DNA of 64,000 nucleotides from Iphione sp. A-MEVVRFRX5 (Eukaryota): NCBI GenBank assembly GCA_976226885.1, contig OZ320322.1, positions 42,966,001 to 43,030,000 of the forward strand, read 5' to 3'. Shown piece by piece: positions 24,091 to 35,628 of this stretch (position 1 is its first letter; each line of letters starts with the position of its first letter). The notes under the pieces were generated by a model. It saw only the letters and a program-made list of their open reading frames with translations, ran no database searches and was not told where the DNA came from. The position numbers and the translations under genes were made by a program.

Positions 24091-27000
24091 GTGAGTGAGG
24101 AAACACTGGTCACATCGATGAAAAGGAACGTATAGAGGTGTCTTTTTATACATAAATATGTGTGGTGGATGGAAACAAATAGATGGCCCTAAGTATCTGT
24201 AGGCGACTGCTTCTCTATATGAGTGCATTCTTCGGTGTGTATTGTGCATGGACCTGTTTTGGTTTGACATATTTATGTAGATCTAGGCGTTGTCCATGAA
24301 TTCGTGGTCTTCCAGAATTACACTATGCCATCCAGGAATCTTTAAGCATTTCCGATTTTGCACAAGTATTCCAGAATTACACAGAATCACAGAAATACAC
24401 GGAATTGCAATTCCTGAATGTGTGCTGTTCAGGAATGGCGCTGCATGATTGTGGAATTTGTCAGCACATTTAAGGGATTTTTTATAGTAGGGCAAAAATT
24501 CCGGAATTGCATAAGCAGTGGCAAGTGTGCAATATAGAATTGCACTGCCCAAACCAGAAATACGGAAGAACATAAAGGAAAAAGTTTGAGGGGCGGTACT
24601 ATATGTGCATGGAATTGCACAGATAGGGAGGGGAAATGTTGAGGAGTAAAACCCTGTTTTGAGGAGTGAGGAAAGACAGGGAGACCATGTCGCACCTGAT
24701 CTTTGAACACCCAGTGGTGAGAGAAAGGCAGAGAATCTGTTATTATAATATGCATATGTAGTTTCAAGGCTCACTTATACGCTTAAAGCTTTAGAATCTG
24801 GATGTGTTTGTTTACAAAAGAACTGTGAATATGAGCAAAAATACATTCCTATTTGTATTACACAAGTTTCACCAATAATCATGAGATTTGATGAATGATG
24901 ACGACCTTAAAAAGACGGGTAAGACTTTTATTGCTTGTTCTTGAGGCCTTGTTAACCTAATATGAATCACATTCTTTCCATCTGCTGAATTCTTAGGAAC
25001 TGTTTCCCCAAGAAGCTACATGAGGAACTTATAAACTACCTAAAATACAATAAAACCTGATCTACAATCAATACCGCTGTGAAAGTTCAGAAAATTATAT
25101 CAATAGGCTATTCATTTATGTGGTAATCATTAACTTTATTGAAAGATGAAAGACGACAAAATGCCCAGCTTTGTCCTGTTATTCAACTAAATCCACTCTT
25201 CTTCAATAGCCCACGTGCAGAATTTAAAATCAGCAAGACACACAGGACAATTTTGGGGTGGACAGGGTGGCGATATTAATATTAATAATGAAAGGGTAGA
25301 AGTCAGTAGAGAGACGTTGAAGTTATATTGTTAAACTGACCCTAGTAACCAAGTAGATACCGCACTTCTACAAAATGGACTTGTCACTTGGGCATATTCC
25401 TAACCCTAGACTATATACCTCATTGAGGTTTTAATCCACGTTCAAAAACACAGATTCTTTGAGAGTTGCCTTGTTCTGTCAGTCGATTCACCATCTGAAG
25501 AACCTCCTCTTGCATCCAAAAGAGGCGAATACCCCAGCATGCCTGACGAAAGATAAAATAAGCCCAACTTATTATTTATGGCTGTTCAAAGTGTGACTGT
25601 CATCTAAAGATACGATCCCTCAGAATTTAAAGGTAAAATATGCCCGTCATTTCTAGATAAAGAGACAGCTTTAGGTTCCAGTGTGGTTTGTTCTAGAGCC
25701 GCAGCCGTAGTCCCATAACAGTTCGAGTTACCGTCAAGTTTTTCGGTTATCTCCATCGTTAATTGATCCCCCCCCGCCCTCCCGGAGATCGCTGCTCCCT
25801 GACCATGTCGTTCCAGCTGACATTTCCTGCCGAACATAAAACCAGATAGCTTCTTTGATTGGCGCGGGAGGCGTTTGGATCTTTCACAAGATATTCAGCT
25901 GATCACTTTCTGTCCAGCCGAGCTCACAGTGACGACCTTTGACCTTTCTCGATGGGCGACCTGTCTCCACCTGGTGAGCTTCGCCGCCAGCAGGCGTGTG
26001 ATCCAGCAGCCCCGGCCTCAAATCCTTTGTCCTTATCTAAAGCCCCCCCCCCCACGAGCCACTCGCCATCGATTCATCAGACACAAAAAGACACGTTGCT
26101 TCCTAGGCTTTCTGACATAAGGCTGTTGTCAGGCCGATATTACCTACGATTGTGTTTTTAGTGCAGGATTAGTGTTTTACAAGTATTTTGGTATTATGTT
26201 CTGCTTAAAGATCAAAGTAATACTTTTAGCAATGACACAAACCGTAGAAAAACGCTGAAACACGAGGGGGGAAATATGAGAGAGAAACGAAAAAGTAAAA
26301 AGTCGAAGGTCAACGAGGAGACACCTAAATAAAATTAATGTATTTTCATGTATTCTTCAAAGGAAGAGTCAAACAATACTCGAATAGAGTCCCATGAATA
26401 TTTTTGCTCAATTCTTCTTGAAGGAAGGTAATAGATAAACTCATCAGACTAAAATTTGTGTGTAGTACAAAAACTTCTAGGTGTAAGGGGCTATATCTCA
26501 TGTATCCATACATAGCATGCGCTTACAAATCCCGAAGCCTAAGCTACCAATCAGAGTGCTACTTAATGTGATAATATCAGATGGCTAGCAATACAGATGT
26601 TAATGGGTTATGCATCCGTAGCCGTAAAAAAACTTGTCCTGGACGTATCCATTTCCATAACTTTACTATGCTAAATATATAAATCTAAGCGGGTCGTTGA
26701 TTCATATAGGAACGGCTTAAAACATACGCAAATGCATTTGTTTACACAACATTTCCAGACACGTGAAGAGAGACTTACGTATTCCGACCTTCAACAGGCC
26801 TTCATAAAAGCAGTATGCAAATTGTCAGACCTGAGCTATTGAACCAGCATTTAAGATGTCTGCTTTTAAGTCTTTTTTCAACCATAGCACATATACGATA
26901 GTAAACATTCTATCACGTTATTTTTCAACTAAATATTCTTGACCTTAATATTGGTTTAATTGTTATTTCACTATAAGGAATCCGAGATAACAGATTTAAT

Positions 27001-27621
27001 GTTGTAAAGGCAGTACTGTCGCCATATCACTGAGCTACCAAACAAGTGTTGACATCAGGTATAGGACATACCTTACTCGTGTAACGGAAATCCTCAGATA
27101 ATATAAACCATATTCATAGGCACACAGATGATGGTGTGTGATACCATAATAAAGCACCCTTGCATGTATATGTATATGTGGTACGCTGATATACCATAAC
27201 TTAACCTTACTCAGCCATGAACAGGTGAAATTCTCAAACAATGTATGACTGCGCCTATCTATCTATTCGCCTATCTGAGATCATCTTTTCATACTCTATG
27301 TTATATTTGCAAAAACTGTTTGAATGCAATATGTCGAGATTTTCTTGTCTCGTTCAGGATACCTTCCATTATACTGTTGCTGATGATATGATGGGTATTA
27401 ACTGCTTGGGATAGATTTCATGATTGACTGTGTTTGAGAAATGGGTTCAGCTGTTCGGTTTAAATATACTTAATAAATGTAGCATAGGCTTCCCAATCTC
27501 TCATATGAACGAATAATTACCCCACTGCCAATATAGATATCCTGAAAGTATTTCTACAAAATATCTTTACAACATGATGATGATAATTGTGAAGCCGTTG
27601 TATAACTTATTTCCCTGACAG

Positions 27622-27747
27622 GTAATGACTTACAACGTGTGGGAACGTCCCTTCTGGATCACTAATGACGGCCAGAGGGAGCGCACCTGCAGGATCCCTG
27701 CCTGGATCGCCACCAATCACCCCTATGTAGATGCCATAGGGTTACAG
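27622..27747 (+). CDS. Sphingomyelinase C-like gene, coding exon 3
   Basis: Acceptor CTGACAG| and donor CAG|GTAATA; 126 nt, phase 0/0. Encodes VMTYNVWERPFWITNDGQRERTCRIPAWIATNHPYVDAIGLQ (TYN and GQ..R motifs). Not in the ORF track. Confidence 0.92.
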
Positions 27748-28799
27748 GTAATATTTTGTACTATTGTTACTCTTTTGTAAAGGGTTGGATACCTTGATGT
27801 TAGGATAATATTTTACTACCGAGATGTTGCTGGATTTCACAGTATATACTCCTGTAATAATTCTTAGGTACTAATAAGAAGTGCTTCGGTGATATAATGA
27901 AAGGGTGAACAGACAAAGTGATATATGTATAAGTATATCTGCTCGAGATGAAGATTTTGCAGTTTATGTTGGCTTTTATCAGCAATAAATACAATTGTTT
28001 CTAGATAATTATCATATATTGTATTGTCTATACTTTTCAGTTCCATCCTCTGTTACGTATGCCTAACTCGCCATTCCGTATCATTGTGATGTAAATCTAC
28101 TGATATGACTCGAGCACCACATGTGCACAAAGAAACAGACGGGCAACTTGGGGAAAAATTCAATAATGTTCACATGGAACAAAAATTCGCGCAGGCTCAA
28201 ATGGATCAAGGCTGTAATCAGCAAAATGTCCCTGCTCTGTTTTCACTGGGATAGGGTGGTCATCGTCTTTCTAACAATCTTTCTATGTGTCCCCTCTTTT
28301 CGGGTTCGGTTATTATCCTTTCATCCTTGATCTACTTTCACCAGAGCTACTTCACTAGCTACTTTGCATTCACCGAATCTCCATACATTTTCCTGTTTCT
28401 TCACGTGTATGTCTGTTTCTGATTCTGTTCTTCCCCATGTATCTACGTTTTGTCTGTCTGTTACCTTTCTCTACCTATAGCTCTTTGTCTATTAGTATTT
28501 AATTTATTTTCCACTTTCTTTTTCCTGCCTTTCACGATGTTGGATGTTGGACTGTGGTGCAATATTCGGGTCGTGGTGTTTCAGTTAGAAAGTGGCACTG
28601 TCCAATGCTTGGCAACCCTCACTATGTAAAGTTGGTGAGACTCAGAAGCATATACCAGCTCAGAGCTACACACAACCCCAGATGTAGGTAAGGGGTTGCA
28701 ATCCATGTTGGACTAGTGTGCTTATGCAGTGTTCCCTCTACAAGTGAGAAACACTCAATCTGGGATCATGCACCTAACAACTGAAGCCACGGAAGCCCT

Positions 28800-29200
28800 T
28801 GTCTTGCTTGGTTACTAGTGTGGACCCTAAATATAAGTATGGTCAACCTACGTGGTGTATCATAAGGCTTGTCCAGTCACATGTAACTACCCTGCTTTGT
28901 CTGGGGGCGAGGTTAGATTTCCTTCCCTTGGTGGTTATTATAGGCAACCCTGTCCATTATCCTGTAACTTCTTTGATCCATACACATTGAATGACGTCCA
29001 GTGACACGTAGCTGGCCTTTCTTCTCTGGTGGTGATCTTGGAGTGCCTTCTAATGGTGGTTGCCTTCAACCCCATGGCCATCTCCCTGTATAACCTCATC
29101 TCTGTCGCTTCATTAGTTGTATGGCTGCTGCTCAGATACTGTAGGTAGCATCCTTCACTTCAGACAGGGATCTGAGACAGAGAAGGGGAACGGATGGAAA
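28800..29200 (-). mobile_element. Possible RTE-type LINE 3' fragment
   Basis: Degenerate HTTNE..LYREM and GKEI*PRPQT (cf. GKR.RGRP.T). Weak. Confidence 0.3.
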
Positions 29201-30179
29201 ATGCCCTTTGTATCTGACCTGGGGACTGTAAGGAGAAGAAGGAAGAATAACTTACACTTTTGGAAAGGATCGCTTACCTTCTTCCAACCCTTCTATATGT
29301 ACAAATAAGGGAACATCATAGCAGTGAAGTCTGTTTTGTGGACTTCACAACAAATGTTTAACACCGAGATTGAAGGCCAGTTAACCCTAAACCATGTTTT
29401 AATTGTGAACACAAAATGCAAAATGCAATATAAATTGTAGTTCAAACATCAAGAACAAAGTGTACTATCTATACGTTATAAATATCACGATTTAATGTTT
29501 GAGCAAACCATTTAAATTCATAAAGAATTACCTTCTCTAAAGAAGATGCCTGCTGCCGTGTATAGCATGCATAAAAGTGTTAACAGACGAAGTTCTTACC
29601 ACCATAGAGACACACAATCAAATCCTTCTCTCTTCTTCGTAGGTATTTTGCCAGTCCTTATTGTATATGGTAAACAACCCAGACCACGGTTTAGAACCAC
29701 TACATTCCCCAAAGTGGGCCCCTAGTTTCTTCATAACTGTAACAAAGCCCACCCGAAACAAATTCTAAAGACTGAGTTCTTGACTTGATTTTATTGCTAT
29801 GTAAGACACATTAGGACAAAGTCTACGTCTTAACGTACCAGATGAAATATGTTTTTAAGGCCAACGCGAAATTTGCACAATCCGGAATTGCACCGCAAAT
29901 TTCCCAAAATGCACTGTGCATTTTTGGCATTCTCTGTTTGTCCAGTTTTGCACACCCCTCTCACGGGCAGAACTAAAATATTCACAGTTTTACCATGTGA
30001 GGTGAGACAGATAAAATGGGGCAAGTCAGAAAAGAAGAATAAAGAGGAAAGTGTAATGAGAGGCAAAGAAACGGTTACAATGGAAGATAGGCTCTCTTCT
30101 TCCCTCTCTCTGTCCCTCTCTCCTTTCCCTCCCCCTCTATTTTCTTTCATGTCTCCCCACACCTCCCTTCCTCTCACCC

Positions 30180-30181
30180 TC

Positions 30182-30252
<71 letters not shown>
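30180..30252. repeat. (CT)n microsatellite
   Basis: Directly visible. Confidence 0.97.
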
Positions 30253-30493
30253 TCATTCGCCTGTTTCCCTCCCTCCCCTGTAATTTTAGACTACATTTCT
30301 GATACTGCAATTCTAGAATTGCGCAAATTCCCCTGTGCCGCGTAACATGTCAACGCTCCATACTTCCCCTACAGTATATTGTATGTGACACGTACTATAA
30401 CTGCCCATAACTGCCATACTGCCTACATGTCCCCAGCAGAAAATCTACTTAAGAGGCTCTTTCACAAATGCATTACCTTCGCTTTCGCCGCAG

Positions 30494-31261
30494 GAAGTAT
30501 TCATGGGAGGCTGCTTCGCCAACCAGCTGGACATCCGGGCTCTCTTCTGCCACTATGGTTTCTGTCATTTTACGCCCACGGTAGATGAAGAGGGTGCACC
30601 CGTACCTGGAGGCATGTTCGTCGTGTCCCGCTGGCCCATCCTCGCCCTAGACCAGCTCGTCTTCGATAACGATGCAGATGGCACGTGGGACGGCTTCTCT
30701 CCTAAGGGCGTGTCATATGCCAAACTCTTGAAGAAGGCGGACGGCAGCTCTCGTACTTACCACGTGATGACCACACACTTCCAGTCTGGTAACCATACCG
30801 TCACCCGTGAGTCGCAGGCTGGGGAGTGGGCCCAATGGTTCAGCGCCAAGAACGTACCCAAATCCGAGGCGGTGGTCCTGTGCGGCGACCTGAACGTCGA
30901 CCGCTATTCGGAGGAGCGCCACCTGGATGTGATCCTGGCTAACCTTGGAGCCATTGACCCGCCAATATCTGGCACGCTCAACGTGACCTCGGACAAAGAC
31001 ATCAACGATATCAAAGATGACGGCGACTCACAGTGGCTCGACTACGTCCTCTACAGGAAGGACCATCTGCAGCCTGCCATCTCTTCCCAGACGGCGCTCT
31101 ACCCTCTGGCCGACAAGCAGTACGAGGCCTGCTGGTGTGAGCAGTGCGTCACCCTTGATGCCGAATACATCTATCCGGACGACTTGGCCTGTCAACAAAC
31201 CAGGAAGGCCCGCCATCTCTCTGACCACTTCCCCGTTCTCGGCTCCTTTATCTTCTCGTAA
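30494..31261 (+). CDS. Sphingomyelinase C-like gene, coding exon 4 (EEP/DNase I-like catalytic domain)
   Basis: Acceptor CGCCGCAG|GAA completes the LQ|E metal ligand. Motifs SRWPI, DGFSPKGVSYAK, THFQS, GDLN, WLDY and SDHFPV are typical of bacterial-type neutral sphingomyelinases. Confidence 0.93.
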   Translation, partial: EVFMGGCFANQLDIRALFCHYGFCHFTPTVDEEGAPVPGGMFVVSRWPILALDQLVFDNDADGTWDGFSPKGVSYAKLLKKADGSSRTYHVMTTHFQSGNHTVTRESQAGEWAQWFSAKNVPKSEAVVLCGDLNVDRYSEERHLDVILANLGAIDPPISGTLNVTSDKDINDIKDDGDSQWLDYVLYRKDHLQPAISSQTALYPLADKQYEACWCEQCVTLDAEYIYPDDLACQQTRKARHLSDHFPVLGSFIFS

Positions 31262-31432
31262 CGACTTCACAATCATGTTTCCTGATCTCATGTCCCCTCC
31301 GGCGTTCTCGAATTATGTTATTCAAAAAAACAGAATTCATGAAAAACTACAGACTACTACTATGGTTATGGACGACTACTGGTTACATATTCCAAAATGG
31401 TTATAATAGCCACCTGCCCAAAGGTACTGTAC

Positions 31433-31438
31433 AATAAA
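31433..31438 (+). promoter_or_regulatory. Probable polyadenylation signal of the sphingomyelinase gene
   Basis: AATAAA about 170 nt after the stop codon. Confidence 0.55.
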
Positions 31439-33379
31439 GAATACGTTTTTAAGATCTTTTTCAAGCAATTCAATGATGTTGAGAATGCGACAGTTTTTTC
31501 ATTAAATGTTCAAGTATGATTGTGTAACGTTAATCCCATGGAGGACTAAGGAAGGTTGTATGTAGTTTAAGTTAGATTATTGCATACAAGTTTCTTCAAT
31601 TCCTTGTGTTTATCATGCAAGAACGATTGTGTACTGGTCCCGTTTTCTTACGTTGACCAGGGAAACCAATTCATAAGGGACGATTATGCAAGTCTCATGT
31701 GAACGTTGGCCTCAGGCAACTGTTCTTATTTGATGCATGATAAACACATTACATCTAGCAATAACTCACACAATATTTATAGACATAAATCCAGTCAACA
31801 GCCCATATGTGGACCAAAACCAGAATGGCCTTATAATAATTTATAAGGTTGAGTTGCTCCCATTTAGTAATGTTTAGCTCTATGGCTCGTGTCTGTGGAC
31901 ATTTCAAAATTGCACATGTCTGTTAGTCCACCTCTAACCAAAGTGGAGCACATGCTCATGCCAAAATATGCCGCCACAATACACCCGTGCACACAGTATA
32001 ATGAGGAAGCCTCACTCAGCCTCATAATCCTCTCCTGCAATCTTTCCCCCACATCACGGCACAAGCCCCATGACCGTCTTTCTTCTCCGCCCTCCCAAAC
32101 AGTATGAAATTATTTCAGTATTTACCTAACTGCCCTATTCCCTTCCCACTTGCTGGCCTGATCTTTTCCATACGACTTTGTTCTATCTTTGGTAGTGGTA
32201 ATAGCTGCATATGACCTTAATTTAGAGTCCCAGAACCCTACTCTCATATGTTCTGAAGTATTAAAAGGTATCCCTTTCCACTCATTAATTTGACATTAAT
32301 AATCAGATTATTGATAATAATATTGATATACATTATAAGGTTTAACCCAAGGTAAGAGGAGATTTTGGATATTAACGATTTATTTTTATTTTTCTAACCG
32401 AGTTTTATGGTTAACTAGTTGCCTTCGGTGAAAACTCAGCAGTTGCAATGAATGATAATGTAGACACAGACATAGTATACATTCACTCCACACAGGATGC
32501 TATCATCTCTTGCTTACATGTTTGAAAAAAAAATTATAGAATCCAGTATTCATCCATTTGAAGATATCAGCCTGTATCATGATTTTCAACTTCTGGTATC
32601 CATCAGATTCGAGAATAAAGTAAATTCAGCACTTCTTTTTACATTAATATTTACATTAAAGACTAACATTTCCCAAATATATTTAGGCTTCCGTGATTCA
32701 AAGTAATTAAGGCAACTCCCAGCTACCCCAGGATATTTCATAAATGTGGGTTTAACTAGGTGCCATCAGTAAAAATCAATATCTGCAGTTTTTGATTATG
32801 TACAGACTAACACAGTACACGTTTACTTCATATAGGATGGTATCACTTATTGCTTGCATGTACAAAAAGTTATAGATCCAAATGTTTTTTTTTCATTTCA
32901 AGATATCAGGCTGTAACATAATCACCTACGTGTTGGTAACCAGCAGTTTCCAGAATAAAGTAATTTCAGTACGTAGCCCCCATGATTGAAAGTTATAATG
33001 GCAGATTTCAGCTGGAACAATGCATTTTGAATATGTAGGTAAAAAAGACGGACTTTTAGCAATTTTTTATATTTTTATTTACACTGTATGATACAGTACA
33101 AATTGCACATTTTTTCATTATTTTATATAATTCTTCAATTTCACAATGAATGGGCCCATCGATTCTGTGTGATAGGTGTCACACAGAAAGGTGGCCTAGT
33201 TTTAGGCTGCCTTGACATTAGTGTGACAGTCTGCATTGGCTCCTGCCTAAAAAGTCCCAACTTTCTACTGCTGCAGTTTCCTCACTTCTTCACAGAAATC
33301 AATGCCACTCTTACCTCCTGTCCTCCTAATATACCTCAAGGACACTTTCTCCTTTGCCCAATCATATCCTAGAACACAC

Positions 33380-34270
33380 ATACCCTAGAACTAACAGTCT
33401 AGCATCCCTGAGTTTGATGAGGTCATTCTTCGTCTCCTCTAGATTATGCTTATTATAGCAAATGTTTGTTTTAAGAAGGGTCTATTGCTAAATTCAAAGA
33501 AAACCCAATATATTGATCTTTGTCAAACTGAACAACCTTGAACTCGACCTAGACCTAGATGGTAGCTATACCTCAAAGGTAAGCACATTCAAGTTCCTTG
33601 GATATGATATTGTACGCCCTGATCGAAGAGACATAACTAGCTGATGAACTTTGATGAACTTTATTAAATGAGAGTCCAGACACTAGTGACAGGGAGGCTC
33701 CGCCCGGCTCCCTTTTATACAGAAACTGCTACTCCGGGCAGAGCCCCCAAACTTTTAACTCTGGTAGGATGACAGCGGGCTCTGCTTAGGGCAGAGCCCA
33801 CAACAATGTAGATAACAAACTAATAAGCAAAGATCATGTGCAAGGAATTAGGAAGAGGGTCAGACAGCAAGCCTATTTGCTTGCCAAACTAGCCCTTGCA
33901 TTTAACTTTCATGATAGATCCCAAATGTTCAAAACCTTCCCGCTAATGGTCATGCATGGACTACGGACTCCCATTCATCCTGTTCAGGAGCAGGCAGCTA
34001 GTTGACAGCCTTCAAATTGAGTTTAATAGGGCTGCCAAGCTGGTACTAACGGGTTTTTCAGCAACCAGAAAGTCATCCCTTGTGCTGAGGAGACTTCTCA
34101 GCCTCCTGACTCTTGAAGTTAGAGGCAAAAGACAGCTCACTCCGTAAATGAATAGGCTCATAAAAATATCAGCATGCAATCTAAGACACCCAAAAAGAGA
34201 GACCAGGTCAAGCAAGAAAAATTGTATTGCCTGAAAAAAGCCTAGAACCTCACTCTTCTCATCCAGCCTC
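33380..34270 (+). mobile_element. LINE RT C-terminal fragment interrupted by a solo LTR
   Basis: GLLLNSKKTQYI and TFKFLGYD before the insert; VDNKL..HVQGIRKR and MDYG..LQIEFNRAAKLVLTGF after it. Confidence 0.65.
33611..33805 (-). mobile_element. Solo LTR (195 bp)
   Basis: Minus strand reads TGTTGTGG...GGCGTACA, with TATAAAA at 33719-33713 upstream of AATAAA at 33665-33660. Flanks ATAT/ATGT form a 4-bp TSD with one mismatch. Confidence 0.7.
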
Positions 34271-35628
34271 TGGTATCAAGGTTCCAAGTTGTGGAACCAA
34301 TTAATTAGTGAAGGCAAATTGCCACGAAATAAAATCATCTGAATGCTCTAGTGAATGCAATAAAGTATGATAACTATAATGGAGCACAAAGAGCAGATCT
34401 AATCACTGTCAGAATGTACACACATGCACTATGAGAATATTTAAATCACTGCAAAATATAGATTGTCTCTTCCTTTAAGTATAGCTAGGAAGTCTACATC
34501 ATCAGTCTACCAATGCTTGACACTGGGACCGCAGGTCAAGTTTTTGAACATTGGTAGACTGACCATGCAGACTTCCCTACACTGAGAGTGTGTTCTGACA
34601 TGGCTTTCACTCATTTTACGGGGCTTAAACTCATTTTACACACCTTTTAGACTTCTTTTGAAGCCATTTTAATGCATATTTCGTGCAGAGCATCATATCC
34701 ACCCAAACAGGAAGTAAATAAGACTCCTTCAATCTGATTGGATGACACAGGTCACATAAGTGGGAGATCTAAAAATGGCAGTTTCTTTACAAAATTTGAG
34801 CAAGAAGGCAGCAGTAATGGGAAGATTAATGGTCAAATATAAAGATTAAATGGCTTCTAAAGACTTGTATATGGCGTGTATTGGTATTTGTTAAATTAAT
34901 TCTTCCTACTCACCAGTTCACTGAAAATGATAATTTTATATGTGACCCGTTTTGGCAAAATGAGTCGGAAGTCGGAAAAAATCAAATTTGAGTTATATAT
35001 TCCATGAAAAAATGTTGTTTCTGACCTTTAAAACGAGGTATAGCGCATCTTCCTACTGTAATTAGGCAAAATGTAGTGAAACGACGAAGTTATATAGTGA
35101 TGCGGTAAACCCTAACAGATATTTGCTCAGATATTTGCGTTTGAAGTTTTGGTACTGCACTATATGGCAGTCTACCCTAGCAACGGCTTTTTCTTTTTTC
35201 TCAATCTTCCTGAAACTCAACATAGTCTATCTACACTATCTAAGCTACAAAATACCAAAGAACCATGCATTTTGAGACATAATATTTTATTCATGCCGGC
35301 CTCTGAAAATGTGACAAAATTCCGCTCTGGAATGGAAAACTTAACCTAGTAAGGCAAGCAAAAAGTATCACAGTACCTCCATCTAGAAGATAAAAAGGGG
35401 GCTGTAGGTTGACCCTGGTCTTGTAAAATAGTCTGCATAAGTGTTCATGATTGTCTTAAGATTGTCTTGGATTGATTGAAACCATTGTGTTGGAGGTATA
35501 AATTAAAATAAAAATAAAGAATGAACTGTCTTGAAAAAAGTCTTGGTAAAACTTATTAGTGAAACCACTTGTGGTTTTCTATTGCACATAATTATTCAAA
35601 CATCAGCAGTAGAACAAGTAGAACAAGT

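Noticed and set aside
30494-31261. High GC of the sphingomyelinase exon as evidence of recent horizontal transfer or contamination
   Set aside because: Other candidate exons in the window are similarly GC3-rich, and the gene is split by introns that contain host repeats.
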